Below, one piece after another: positions 19,999 to 30,394 of a stretch of 64,000 nucleotides of DNA. The stretch is from Nitrososphaeria archaeon (GTDB lineage: Archaea; Thermoproteota; Nitrososphaeria; JACIWG01). The position numbers and the translations under genes were made by a program. The stretch is from assembly GCA_050011875.1 (NCBI GenBank), contig JBEKIG010000003.1:96001-160000 (forward strand). The letters run 5' to 3'. The notes below the pieces were generated by a model. The model saw only the letters and a list, made by a program, of their open reading frames with translations, was not told the origin of the DNA and made no database searches. The stretch's first letter is position 1; each line of letters begins with the position of its first letter.

Positions 19999-21473
19999 AC
20001 GATTTGCTGAGAGGTAAACGGCTAGAGGAAATGAACGAGAAAGCTCTGAATTACACAGCTTCAATTGACTTTGATTCACCACTGCTCCCTTCAGTTATAA
20101 AAATAAACAAGGCACATACGATAGCCCTTTATGATGCAGGTGTTCTCAGTGGGCCTGACGCTTTAAGACTACTCAAGGGGTTGAACATAAAGGAGGAACT
20201 TCCAAAGGAATCGAGGCTTGAAGACGTACACATGTTTGTCGAGCAAAGGGTTAGGGAAAAAACTGGAGAAATAGGAGGCTATCTAAATTTAGGAAAAAGC
20301 AGGAACGACCAGGTGGCTACTGCCATAAAAATGGTGACAAGAGAATATATTATAGCTACTATGTCATCTCTTCTAAACCTGTCTGAAACCTTAGTGAACA
20401 AAGCTGAAAGGTCAACGGAAATGGTTATGCCTGTGTACACACATCTACAAGTAGCGCAACCAATAACATTCGCTCATTGGCTTCTAGCCTATGAAAGCAT
20501 GATTTCGCGTGACATGAGCAGACTAAGTGAAAACTATAGAAGGGTAAACTCTTCGCCGATGGGTGCAGCAGCTTCAGCAGGCACAACCGTCAAAATCAAC
20601 CGAAAGGAAGTGGCGGACTACCTCGGATTCGCATCCGTCGTAGGAAATTCGATCGATGCAGTAAGTTCAAGGGACACCCTACTTGAATTCATCTTCATTA
20701 CTTCGTCGATAGCTCTTACTTTGAGCAGGCTCAGTGAAGACATAAACTTTATGTCAAACAACGAGACAGGCATTCTGATTGTACCAGACTCATATGCTTC
20801 AACAAGCAGTGCGATGCCTCAAAAGAAGAATTCAGTAGTGACAGAAATTGCGAGGGCATGCCCTGGGATAATCTTGGGCAACTTGGTAAGCACAATATGT
20901 GTCTATAAAGCGTTGCCGTCATCATACAATCTTGATCTACAAGAAATGACGCCAAAAATGTCTGAAAGTTACTTGCTTATCCAAACGACCATCGATGTAA
21001 TGATAGGCTTAATAGAAGGCCTCAAATTCAACGAAAAAAGAAGTGAAAACATTCTTATAAAAAATTTTTCTACCGCAATGGAAACAGCTGAATATATTAC
21101 AATAAAAATGGGAATACCATTTAGGGAAGCACATCATATATTAGGGGCTTATGTGAGGGAATGTTTAGAAAAAGAGTTAGAGCCTCTTTCCAAAGAAGCA
21201 TACTCAGTATTTCTAAAAGAGCTCACTCCGTACAAAAAAAACGCAATCAATTTTAAAAAGTACAAGTCACTTTTGGACCCTAAACAAAGCGTCATCAAAA
21301 AGACTATATACGGGGGACCTAGTCCTTCGAATACAATAAAGATGGTGTCAGAAGGACGCTTGTATATTATTAAGTATAGGGAAAACATAAGAAAAGAGGC
21401 CGAACGATTAATTAAAGCGTCTTCAAAATTAGATCAAAAAGTTGCAGAAATAATTGGAGGTGAATCATCTTGA
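19995..21473 (+). CDS. argH: Argininosuccinate lyase
   Basis: EDVH, GKSRNDQVAT, YTHLQVAQP, SSAMPQKKN, PFREAH. Confidence 0.95.
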   Translation: MNDLLRGKRLEEMNEKALNYTASIDFDSPLLPSVIKINKAHTIALYDAGVLSGPDALRLLKGLNIKEELPKESRLEDVHMFVEQRVREKTGEIGGYLNLGKSRNDQVATAIKMVTREYIIATMSSLLNLSETLVNKAERSTEMVMPVYTHLQVAQPITFAHWLLAYESMISRDMSRLSENYRRVNSSPMGAAASAGTTVKINRKEVADYLGFASVVGNSIDAVSSRDTLLEFIFITSSIALTLSRLSEDINFMSNNETGILIVPDSYASTSSAMPQKKNSVVTEIARACPGIILGNLVSTICVYKALPSSYNLDLQEMTPKMSESYLLIQTTIDVMIGLIEGLKFNEKRSENILIKNFSTAMETAEYITIKMGIPFREAHHILGAYVRECLEKELEPLSKEAYSVFLKELTPYKKNAINFKKYKSLLDPKQSVIKKTIYGGPSPSNTIKMVSEGRLYIIKYRENIRKEAERLIKASSKLDQKVAEIIGGESS

Positions 21474-21643
21474 AAACCGTGTGTGAAACATGTGGCGGAG
21501 AAATAGAAGTCCCCGACGACGCTATTAAAGGCGAAATAGTTAGTTGCCCAGACTGTGGCACAGAATTTGAGGTTATCGAAATCAAGAACGGAGTCGCGTC
21601 GCTAAAGTCTGCAGAAGAAATAGGAGAAGATTGGGGAGAATAA
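21470..21643 (+). CDS. lysW: Amino-group carrier protein LysW (57 aa; missing from the ORF track)
   Basis: TTG start overlapping the argH stop. MKTVCETCGG...SCPDCGTEFEV...EEIGEDWGE has two CxxC pairs and the EDWGE terminus. Confidence 0.96.
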   Translation: MKTVCETCGGEIEVPDDAIKGEIVSCPDCGTEFEVIEIKNGVASLKSAEEIGEDWGE

Positions 21644-21651
21644 GGAGCAAA

Positions 21652-22506
21652 ATGCTTCTATCCATACTATATGACAGACTTCGATGGGAAGAAAAAGCTC
21701 TTGCTGAAGAAGCTAATAAGATGGGGCTTAACGTAGACTTGGTCGACGCGAAAACCTGCCCTCTAGAACTTGTCGGAAACGCCGTATCAAAGACTCCTTT
21801 TGGAGATGTGGTCTTGGAAAGGTGTATGAGCCACATGAGGGGGCTCTATTGTGCTGCGATACTTGAAAAGGAGAAGGTCGTCATCAACAGCTTTGATGTC
21901 CTTTCTATAACAAGTAATAAACTTCTAACAACATTAGCTTTAGATAAAGCTAAAATACCCACCCCAAGGACAGCGGCCGCTTTCTCACAGGAATCAGCAC
22001 TTGAGCTAGCCGACAGAATGGGGTACCCTCTAGTAATAAAACCAATTGTGGGAAGCTGGGGGAAGATGATTGCCTGCCTAAGGGATAAACGCGAAGCGCA
22101 GGCCCTGTTTGAGACAAGGGAAATGCTTCATGAACCTCTTCAACAAATCTACTACCTGCAGGAATATATTCGAAGACCCCCAAGAGATATCAGAGCAATA
22201 GTCATAGGCGATAATCTCTTAACATCAATATTCAGATATCAGCCTGACGACGACTGGAGGACAAATGTCGCTCGCGGAGGTTATTCCGAATTGGCTTCAC
22301 TTGATAAAGACCAGGAAGAGCTCATACTTAAGGCGGCCGATGCTGTCGGAGGCGGCGTGCTTGGAGTTGATGCAATGGAAAGTGAGAGAGGACTTCTCAT
22401 ACATGAAATAAATGGAAGTGTTGAGTTCAAGGGGGCTTCAAGTGTTTCCACAGTTAATATACCAAAGGCGATAGCAGGGTACGCGTTGGAAAAGGCGAAA
22501 AAATAA
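21652..22506 (+). CDS. argX: Glutamate--LysW ligase (ArgX-like ATP-grasp)
   Basis: GSWG, YLQEY, RDIR, WRTNVARGG. EINGSVEFKG is the ArgX-type signature. Confidence 0.75.
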   Translation: MLLSILYDRLRWEEKALAEEANKMGLNVDLVDAKTCPLELVGNAVSKTPFGDVVLERCMSHMRGLYCAAILEKEKVVINSFDVLSITSNKLLTTLALDKAKIPTPRTAAAFSQESALELADRMGYPLVIKPIVGSWGKMIACLRDKREAQALFETREMLHEPLQQIYYLQEYIRRPPRDIRAIVIGDNLLTSIFRYQPDDDWRTNVARGGYSELASLDKDQEELILKAADAVGGGVLGVDAMESERGLLIHEINGSVEFKGASSVSTVNIPKAIAGYALEKAKK

Positions 22507-23558
22507 TGGTGAAAGTGGGGATAATAGGAGCGTCTGGTTACGTTGGAGGAGAACTTCTTAGACTATTACTGATACATAACGGGGTTGAAGTCTCTCTAGC
22601 AACTTCGAGACAGCATGTGGGAGAATACGTCTTCAAAGTTCATCCCAATCTGAAGGGAACAACAAACCTTCAGTTTTCAGCAGATGATCCGATTACAGCT
22701 GCCTCAAAAGTGGACGTTGTTTTCTTATCTGCCCCACATGGTACCTCCTCTAAGATTGTACCGAAACTTATAGCAACAGGAACAAGGATAATCGACATGG
22801 GCGCGGACTTTAGGCTCAAGGATCCCAAAGCCTACGACAAATGGTATGGTTGGACTCATCCAGCCCCCGATCTTCTTAACAGATTTGTCTATGGATTACC
22901 TGAGCTTCATAGAGAAGAGCTAAAGTCTACAAAATACGTAGCTGTGCCAGGATGTATGGCCACATCATCTATTGTTAGCCTTGCTCCTTTGGCTAAGGCA
23001 GGATTAACCGAAAAAACTGTGATAGTGGATGCGAAGATAGGCTCTTCTGGCGCAGGGGGTAAACCATCTCTTTCAACACACTTTTCTGAACGGTTCGGAG
23101 TCGTGAGAGCGTATAAGCCTGTTGCGCATCGCCACACTGCTGAAATAGAACAAGAGTTAAAATATGTGTCGGGTAAAGAGACCGAAATTGGAATGACAGC
23201 ACATGCTGTAAACATGGTGAGGGGAATACTTACGACCTCACATGTGATGAAGACATCTAGACCTGACGCGGCTACTGTTTGGAAGGCTTATAGAAACTTC
23301 TACAAGGACGAGCCATTTGTAAGGTTCATAATGGACAAGAAAGGCCTATACAAGTATCCGGACCCGAAGATAACCATTGGATCGAACTTTGCAGACGTAG
23401 GTTTTGAAATAGACCCCCATGTTGACCGAATTGTTGTATTTGGAGCTATTGACAACCTCATCAAGGGAGCAGCAGGAAACGCCGTGCAATCAATGAATAT
23501 AATGATGGGCTTCGGCGAGAAAGAAGGATTGAACCTACCGGCACTGCACCCGGTGTAA
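22506..23558 (+). CDS. lysY: LysW-aminoadipyl/glutamyl-phosphate reductase (LysY/ArgC)
   Basis: GASGYVGGE, PGCMAT, GSSGAG, HRHTAEI, IDNLIKGAAG. Confidence 0.93.
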   Translation: MVKVGIIGASGYVGGELLRLLLIHNGVEVSLATSRQHVGEYVFKVHPNLKGTTNLQFSADDPITAASKVDVVFLSAPHGTSSKIVPKLIATGTRIIDMGADFRLKDPKAYDKWYGWTHPAPDLLNRFVYGLPELHREELKSTKYVAVPGCMATSSIVSLAPLAKAGLTEKTVIVDAKIGSSGAGGKPSLSTHFSERFGVVRAYKPVAHRHTAEIEQELKYVSGKETEIGMTAHAVNMVRGILTTSHVMKTSRPDAATVWKAYRNFYKDEPFVRFIMDKKGLYKYPDPKITIGSNFADVGFEIDPHVDRIVVFGAIDNLIKGAAGNAVQSMNIMMGFGEKEGLNLPALHPV

Positions 23559-23563
23559 TTAAA

Positions 23564-24370
23564 ATGGTAACTGTCGTGAAAGTGGGAGGCAGCCTCCTTA
23601 AACTTGGACCCCCTGAAAATATCCTTTCAGATTTCTGCAAAGCGCTGCAGGAAGAAAAGCTAGTTTTAGTCCATGGAGGGGGATTTGAAGTCACCGAGGT
23701 AGCTGAAAAGCTGGGAAAGAAGCAAGAGTTTGTCGTCTCTCCAGAGGGGATAAGAAGCAGATACACGGACAGGGAAACAGTGGATATATATACAATGGTT
23801 ATGAAAGGAAAGATAAATTCTGAAATCGTACTCGCTCTTGAAGGGAAAGGAGTGAAAACCGTTGGAATAGCCGGATTCGATGGTAAACTTCTTGTAGCAG
23901 AAAGAAAGAAGAGACTCCTTACAGTAGACAGCAGAGGTAGAAGGGTGGCCTTAGAGGGAGGCTATACTGGAAAAATAATCAGTGTAAACAGCAACATACT
24001 TGAGACGCTCTTAAAAGAAGACTTCGTCCCCGTCGTATCGCCGATAGCCTTAGGAACAGAAGGCGAACCTCTAAACGTGGATGGAGACAGAGCCGCAGCG
24101 TATATTGCGGGCGGATTAAAAGCCGAAAGGGTCGTCTTCTTAACGGATGTCAATGGCGTCCTTATCGACGGACAGCTTGTCAAGGAACTTACTTTAGCGG
24201 ACGCAAGTGCCAGCATCAGAAAGGTGGGTCACGGTATGGATAAAAAGATCCTTGCGGCCGTTGAAGCCATAGAACAGGGGGCGAAAGAGAGCATAATATC
24301 TTCAGGAAGCTTAGATAATCCCATAACGAACAGTTTAAGGGGGCAAAATAGGACGGTGATAAGGAAATGA
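23564..24370 (+). CDS. lysZ: LysW-aminoadipate/glutamate kinase (LysZ/ArgB)
   Basis: VKVGGS, VHGGG, SPEGIRSRYTD, LNVDGDRAA, LTDV.G, GM.KK. Confidence 0.93.
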   Translation: MVTVVKVGGSLLKLGPPENILSDFCKALQEEKLVLVHGGGFEVTEVAEKLGKKQEFVVSPEGIRSRYTDRETVDIYTMVMKGKINSEIVLALEGKGVKTVGIAGFDGKLLVAERKKRLLTVDSRGRRVALEGGYTGKIISVNSNILETLLKEDFVPVVSPIALGTEGEPLNVDGDRAAAYIAGGLKAERVVFLTDVNGVLIDGQLVKELTLADASASIRKVGHGMDKKILAAVEAIEQGAKESIISSGSLDNPITNSLRGQNRTVIRK

Positions 24371-25572
24371 CGATGACATTCGATGAAATTAGAGCTTTAG
24401 AAGACGCACACATAGCACATACATACCAGAAGCTTCCAATTGCGATAGCAAGAGGAAAGGGCACTAGAATCTGGGACGTCAATGGGAAAGAGTACATAGA
24501 CTATATGGGTGGCTATGGCGTTGCGATACTTGGGCAATCGTATCCTAAGGTTATTAACGCAATAAAGGAGCAGATTGACAGATTAATGATTTTGCACAGC
24601 TCATTGTACAACGAGCAAAGGGCACTGTTTGTTAAAAAACTCGTTTCAGTGAGTCCAAGTGGACTCGATATGGTGTACCTGTCAAACAGTGGAGCCGAAG
24701 CCCTTGAAGCCGCGTTGAAGATTGCTGTCAAATACTCTAAGAGAAAGAAGATACTCGCAATGAAGGGAGCCTATCATGGAAAAACTCTCGGCGCACTCTC
24801 ACTGACATACGGAGAAAAATATCGGACATCATTCGATGAATTTGTATACAAGGGGGTTGAATTCGCCGAATTCGGTAATCTTGATGATGTTGAGAGGGAA
24901 AGAAATTTAGACGAATTCGCGGCCATATTTGTCGAGCCAGTTCAAGGTGAAGGAGGGATAAAAATACCTCCTGAGGGGTTCTTTAAAGGTTTGAGGGAGA
25001 TAGCGGACAAGCATGGCTCGCTCTTGGTGGTTGATGAAGTTCAAAGCGGACTTGGTAGAACCGGTAAAATGTGGGCGCACCAGCATTGGGGAATAATACC
25101 TGACATAATGACCATAGGCAAAGGTATTGGAGGAGGTATCCCGATGGCTGCAACGATAGGTAAAACAGAATATTTGAGCACTTTAGAAGTTGGAGAGCAC
25201 ACAAGTACTATGGGAGGAAACCCAATAGCGTGCGCGGCGGGAAGGGCTGTGCTTGAATCCCTATACGATGACGGTGTAGTCGACAAAGCTAGAATATCAG
25301 GCGAATACCTCCAAAAAGAACTCAGAGAACAGGTTGGAAGTTCAAAGATTGTTAGAGAGCTGAGGGGAAAGGGGTTGATGATAGCTTTAGAGCTTAAGGT
25401 AAGGTTTCATGATATATTATTTAAAGCGATTGAATCGGGTCTGATTACGTTGTATTCAGGCAAGACCATACTCAGGCTACTTCCTCCACTGATTATAGAT
25501 CAAGAGGACATCACCAAGGGAACGTCGATACTAAGAGAATCGTTAAATTGGTACGAAAATCAACATATTTAG
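24367..25572 (+). CDS. lysJ: LysW-semialdehyde aminotransferase (LysJ/ArgD), class III PLP enzyme
   Basis: NSGAEA, YHGKTLG, EPVQGEGG, DEVQSGLGRTG, GKGIGGG, TMGGNP. Confidence 0.93.
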   Translation: MTMTFDEIRALEDAHIAHTYQKLPIAIARGKGTRIWDVNGKEYIDYMGGYGVAILGQSYPKVINAIKEQIDRLMILHSSLYNEQRALFVKKLVSVSPSGLDMVYLSNSGAEALEAALKIAVKYSKRKKILAMKGAYHGKTLGALSLTYGEKYRTSFDEFVYKGVEFAEFGNLDDVERERNLDEFAAIFVEPVQGEGGIKIPPEGFFKGLREIADKHGSLLVVDEVQSGLGRTGKMWAHQHWGIIPDIMTIGKGIGGGIPMAATIGKTEYLSTLEVGEHTSTMGGNPIACAAGRAVLESLYDDGVVDKARISGEYLQKELREQVGSSKIVRELRGKGLMIALELKVRFHDILFKAIESGLITLYSGKTILRLLPPLIIDQEDITKGTSILRESLNWYENQHI

Positions 25573-25612
25573 AAGGAAAATGTTTTAAATAAGCCGCTTT
25601 TAAGGCTATGAT

Positions 25613-26029
25613 ATGGAATTTGATAGGATAGATGCTGCGATTATCGAATCACTGGAAGAGAATTCAAGGACTTCTTACATAGAAATAGGGAAAAAGGTTG
25701 GCCTATCTGAAGCAGCTGTCAGAAGAAGGATAAAGAAACTTTTAGAGGAGGGGATAATAAGAAAATTTACAATAGATGTGAAGGAAGAAGCTGCTCACGC
25801 GTTCACCCTGATAGCCGTCAATCCGTCGACTCCTACATTCGAAGTTTCGAAGTCCATAAAGGAGATTAAAGGAGTTAAACTGGTGTACGAAATAACAGGG
25901 CAATATGATATTTTAGCCTTCATAGGTGGACCCAATATTACGGAAGTCAACACGTACGTTGAAGAAATACGAAAAACGAATGGCGTACTTAGAACTAATA
26001 CTGTAATTATTTTGAAGGAAGTTACCTAA
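25613..26029 (+). CDS. Lrp/AsnC family regulator (LysM-like)
   Basis: HTH segment GLSEAAVRRRIKKL..GII and RAM domain YEITGQYD; embedded in the Arg/Lys cluster. Confidence 0.9.
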   Translation: MEFDRIDAAIIESLEENSRTSYIEIGKKVGLSEAAVRRRIKKLLEEGIIRKFTIDVKEEAAHAFTLIAVNPSTPTFEVSKSIKEIKGVKLVYEITGQYDILAFIGGPNITEVNTYVEEIRKTNGVLRTNTVIILKEVT

Positions 26030-26065
26030 AACACTGTAACAGATTATAACCTGAAGGTTTTAAAA

Positions 26066-27271
26066 ATGGAACTTGAAGAAGACATTGAAAAGATCAAGGA
26101 AGATCAAGAAAGGGTGGGTTTTGGCCCACAGATTAACGGAAAGAGCACGTTGGAGGGAAGAAAAATTACTATTTTGGATAGCACGCTCAGGGAAGGGGAA
26201 CAGTTTCCAGGATGCTCTTTCACAAACAGTGAGAGAATACAGATAGCGTGGACTCTAGATTTCCTCGGCGTAGATGCGATAGAAATAAGTCCGGTAATAT
26301 CACGGCAGCACATGGAAGCATGTAAGAAGATCGTTAAAGCAGGGCTTAAGGCAACCATCGTAGCACATGGAAGAGCCCTGAAGAAGGACATAGATCAAGT
26401 GCTTGAATGTGATGCGGCATTCATGGCGATGTATCACTCCGTCTCCGACATACATCTGAAATACAAACTGCGAATCACCAGGGAGGAAGCGTTATCGAGA
26501 ACATTAGAAGCTGTGGATTACGCTAAGGCGCATGGGCTCAGAATTAGAGTTACCCTAGAGGACGCTAGTAGGGCGGACCCGAGCTATATGGTAGCATTTG
26601 TGAAAGAACTGGAAAAAGCGCATGCCGATAGAATAAGTATACCGGATACGGTAGGAATTATGACACCAACGGGTATGTATAATTTGGTTAAAACCATCAA
26701 AAAAAGTGTTAACGTCCCACTTGACGTCCACTGCCACAATGATATGGGTCTGGCGCTGGCGAACTCTGTTGCAGGACTCGAAGCTGGAGCGGAGCAGATA
26801 CATGTAACAGCAAATGGGTTGGGTGAAAGAGTTGGGATAGCCGATCTTTCTCAGGCATCAACTGTTTTAAAGCTTCTGTACGGTGCAGAAATAAAGATAA
26901 GATTCAATATGCTTTTCGACCTAGCAAAACTAATCGAGGAGTACACGAGCATACCTGTACCCACTTCGGCGCCTTTGGTAGGGGCAAACGCCTACAAACA
27001 TAAAGCAGGGACACACATAGCCGCTGTATTAAGAAATCCCAAGACTTACGAACTGATTCCACCTAAAGTAGTAGGAAACAAAAGAAGGCTTGTCTTTGGC
27101 GGACTTCTTGGAAAGAACGGGGCAGAATTTTTGCTTAAGATGTTCGGTATAGAAGCGCCTGGCGAAAGTGGAAAGCTTGTATCAGGGCTAAAGGATCTTG
27201 GAATAGATCTGTTCGAACTCGAACTTACTGAAGAAATGGAAGAGTTACTGAAGCGTGGGGAGGAGCCCTAA
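26066..27271 (+). CDS. Homocitrate synthase (DRE-TIM, LeuA family)
   Basis: DSTLREGEQ, HCHNDMGLA.AN, GLGERVG, HKAGTH; lysine-pathway context. Confidence 0.85.
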   Translation: MELEEDIEKIKEDQERVGFGPQINGKSTLEGRKITILDSTLREGEQFPGCSFTNSERIQIAWTLDFLGVDAIEISPVISRQHMEACKKIVKAGLKATIVAHGRALKKDIDQVLECDAAFMAMYHSVSDIHLKYKLRITREEALSRTLEAVDYAKAHGLRIRVTLEDASRADPSYMVAFVKELEKAHADRISIPDTVGIMTPTGMYNLVKTIKKSVNVPLDVHCHNDMGLALANSVAGLEAGAEQIHVTANGLGERVGIADLSQASTVLKLLYGAEIKIRFNMLFDLAKLIEEYTSIPVPTSAPLVGANAYKHKAGTHIAAVLRNPKTYELIPPKVVGNKRRLVFGGLLGKNGAEFLLKMFGIEAPGESGKLVSGLKDLGIDLFELELTEEMEELLKRGEEP

Positions 27272-27286
27272 ATAGGATATAAGGAT

Positions 27287-28150
27287 GTGAAGGCATTGTC
27301 CAAGATTTCTTTACTTTACGACGTCATAAGATGGGAGGAGAAGGCGTTGTACGAGGCAGGAAAGAAGCTCGGCGCAGAAATAGACATGATAGACATTAAG
27401 GAAGAGCTATTCGACATCTCGAAGCCGCTGGACAAAAAAATCGGCGACATCGTTCTCCAAAGAAGCGTCAGCTACTACAGGAATCTACATACGACGGCCT
27501 TCTTCGAATACAAGGGGAAAAGGGTCGTCAACTCTCTAAGCACGGCCACAATAACTGGAAATAAGATGTTCACCACTCTAGTGCTCCAGAGAAACAGGAT
27601 ACCAACTCCTAGAACAGTTGTGGCACTAACATCTGAAGCAGCTATGAAAGCTTTCAGAGAAGAATTTGGAGGAAAAGCTGTGCTTAAACCTGTGAGCGGT
27701 AGCTGGGGAAGGCTTATCGCACTTTTAAATGACGAGCCGGCAGCCCAAGCAGTATTTGAAGATAGAGATTATATGTATCCAATGTATCAGCTATACTATC
27801 TGCAGGAGTATGTCAAAAGGCCCCCCAGAGACCTAAGAATATTTGTAGTAGGAGAAGAGGTTATAGCGGGAATATACAGATATCAACCGGAAAGCGACTG
27901 GAGGACAAACACGGCTAGAGGAGGAAAGGCAGTCAAATGCGACATAACACCAGAAATTAGCGAATTAGCGATCAAGTCAGCCGAAGCCGTTGGGGGAGGA
28001 ATATTCGGTGTCGACATGATGGAGTCACCGGATGGTCTAATAGTCCATGAAGTCAATAACACGACCGAATTCAAGAACACAGTTCCGGCGACAGGAATAG
28101 ATATCCCCGGTTCAATTATAAAATACATGGTCAAAGAGGCTAGGGGATAG
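27287..28150 (+). CDS. lysX: Alpha-aminoadipate--LysW ligase
   Basis: GSWGRL, AGIYR, WRTNTARGG. EVNNTTEFKN is the LysX-type signature. Confidence 0.85.
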   Translation: MKALSKISLLYDVIRWEEKALYEAGKKLGAEIDMIDIKEELFDISKPLDKKIGDIVLQRSVSYYRNLHTTAFFEYKGKRVVNSLSTATITGNKMFTTLVLQRNRIPTPRTVVALTSEAAMKAFREEFGGKAVLKPVSGSWGRLIALLNDEPAAQAVFEDRDYMYPMYQLYYLQEYVKRPPRDLRIFVVGEEVIAGIYRYQPESDWRTNTARGGKAVKCDITPEISELAIKSAEAVGGGIFGVDMMESPDGLIVHEVNNTTEFKNTVPATGIDIPGSIIKYMVKEARG

Positions 28151-28156
28151 CAGCAA

Positions 28157-29248
28157 ATGGACTACGTGGACCTCCTTTACGAGCTTGTTTCAATCTATTC
28201 TCCAAGCGGATGTGAATCGACGCTAGCGGACCGGATACGCGTATGGTTAACATCGGACCTGTCAGCAGACAGCTCTTACATAGATGCGGCTGGAAATGTC
28301 ATAGGAATATATGAGGGAACCGAGCCTTCGATACTTCTCTGTGGACACCTAGACACTGTTGTAGGAGAGCTGCCCACGCAGCGTAATGAGCAGTTTATAA
28401 GTGGAAGAGGAGCGGTTGACGCTAAATCACCTATGGCAGCCTTTCTGTGCGCAGCTCATGAGTTAAAGGAGGGGTCTTTTCGGAACAAAATCATCGTAGC
28501 TGGGGTCGTGGGAGAGGAGGACACCGGCAATGGCATTAAAGAGCTCATCAGAGGAGGGTGTAGGCCATCATACGTGGTCTTTGGAGAACCCTGTTCGCTA
28601 ACGAACATCGTTATAGGATACAGGGGAGGTTTACGTCTAAGCCTTAGTTTTGAGACTTCAAGTTATCACTCTAGTTCACCGTGGCTTGGTAAAAGTGCCG
28701 TGGATGCCGCGATAGAGCTATGGACATCAATAAAAAGATATAATGACGAAGCACAGAAAAAGGAAAAAAAATTTGGCACCATCAGCGCCTGTCTCACGAA
28801 GATATCGGGAGGGGAGTCCCACAACATGTCCCCATCGTCATGTAAAATGACGGTTGACGTAAGATTTCCACCTTCTGTCGAAAGTGAGGAGGTCGTCGAA
28901 AAAATAAAAGTAGAAGCCGAACACATATGTGAAGAGAAAATAGGTTTCAGAATGGAGGTCGAAGACTTCACACCAGCGTATACGGCACCTGTCAACAGCC
29001 AATTGGTTAAAGCATTCAAAGCTTCGATATTAAAGGTCAAGGGCAAAAACGCCATGCTTGTCAGGAAAACTGGCTCAGGCGACATGAACATTTACGGTAA
29101 AGAAGTTGGAGTACCATCAATAACATATGGTCCAGGTAATTCGAAACTCTCACATACACCTTACGAGAGGGTGGAAATCAGAGAATATTTGGACAGCATA
29201 GAAGTTCTAAAAGAAGCTATAATTAACGTGTGCGGAGAAAATAAATAG
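28157..29248 (+). CDS. lysK: LysW-lysine/ornithine hydrolase (M20 family, LysK/ArgE)
   Basis: CGHLDTV, GRGAVDAK, GEE, GEP, RKTGSGDMN, YGPG..SHTP.E. Confidence 0.9.
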   Translation: MDYVDLLYELVSIYSPSGCESTLADRIRVWLTSDLSADSSYIDAAGNVIGIYEGTEPSILLCGHLDTVVGELPTQRNEQFISGRGAVDAKSPMAAFLCAAHELKEGSFRNKIIVAGVVGEEDTGNGIKELIRGGCRPSYVVFGEPCSLTNIVIGYRGGLRLSLSFETSSYHSSSPWLGKSAVDAAIELWTSIKRYNDEAQKKEKKFGTISACLTKISGGESHNMSPSSCKMTVDVRFPPSVESEEVVEKIKVEAEHICEEKIGFRMEVEDFTPAYTAPVNSQLVKAFKASILKVKGKNAMLVRKTGSGDMNIYGKEVGVPSITYGPGNSKLSHTPYERVEIREYLDSIEVLKEAIINVCGENK

Positions 29249-29411
29249 CCGTATCTGAAGCACATTGAAGCAACAATTGTTCTAAAAAGTTTATAACTCG
29301 TTTAGATTCTTAGACACCTGTATGAGTTCATCGCCTATCGGGAAGGAGCGTAAAGGTAATATATTCAATAAACATTTATTTGCTGTTAAAAAGCAATTAT
29401 TGTGATTTAAA

Positions 29412-30359
29412 TTGAATACAACGCTCGGTATAGATTTAGGTGGAACAAACGTTAGAGTCGCAATTGGCGTTAAGGACGGAAGAATTCTTGCAAAAGTTGT
29501 GAGGAAAACTGTGCGCGAGGGAGACGAGTACGCCATAAGCAGACAGATTATAGAAATGATCAAAGAACTACCCAAGCAACTATTAGATAATCTTGTAAAT
29601 GTGAACATCGGTACAGTGGGACCTCTTGACCAGAAACTTGGCTCAATTTCGCCACCGAATCTACCCTTCAAGCGATCCTACCTTGTAGAGCCAATAGCTA
29701 GAGAACTGAATCTACCTATTAGAATGTACAACGACTGCGTAGTAGCCGTAATCGGTGAAAAATTCTTTGGCCAAGGCAGGGGAGTCGATAACGTAGTTTA
29801 CGTCACGATAAGTAGTGGCATAGGTGGTGGAGTTTTTGCCAATGGCCACCTTCTCCTGGGTAAGGAGGGAAACGCTCACGAAATCGGGCACTTTACAATA
29901 GATCCAGAAGGTAGACTTACTTGCGGGTGTGGGAAGAGAGGGCATTGGGAAGCCTACTGCTCCGGCAGTAATATCACAAATTATGTGCGTCTAGTGGCTA
30001 GCACCTTCAAAGAAGATACGTTAAAGCAGAGTAGCCTTTATCAGAAATTAGACTCCTTGACAAGCAAAGACTTCTTTGACGCAGCAAAATCAGGTGATAG
30101 GTTCGCTTTATCCGTCTTAGAAAACGTGAGTAAATTCAACGCAATAGGATTCGCTAACGTAATAAACGCATACGACCCCGAGGTTATCGTCGTAGGAGGC
30201 TCTGTGGCATTAAATAATAAGGAACTCTTATTTGAACCGATAGAAAAAAAACTTGGCGATTACATGGTCAACCGGCTCCCCGAAATAAAGTTCACATCCT
30301 TGGGAGATGACGTTGGACTTTATGGAGCGATTGCAGCAGGATTCTACCTAGAAAAATGA
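29412..30359 (+). CDS. ROK family sugar kinase (glucokinase-like)
   Basis: GIDLGGT, ND, TISSGIGGG, EIGH, CGCG.RGHWEAYCSG. Confidence 0.92.
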   Translation: MNTTLGIDLGGTNVRVAIGVKDGRILAKVVRKTVREGDEYAISRQIIEMIKELPKQLLDNLVNVNIGTVGPLDQKLGSISPPNLPFKRSYLVEPIARELNLPIRMYNDCVVAVIGEKFFGQGRGVDNVVYVTISSGIGGGVFANGHLLLGKEGNAHEIGHFTIDPEGRLTCGCGKRGHWEAYCSGSNITNYVRLVASTFKEDTLKQSSLYQKLDSLTSKDFFDAAKSGDRFALSVLENVSKFNAIGFANVINAYDPEVIVVGGSVALNNKELLFEPIEKKLGDYMVNRLPEIKFTSLGDDVGLYGAIAAGFYLEK

Positions 30360-30394
30360 TTCCACGCTAAACAGCTGTGCAAGTGTTAAAACTT

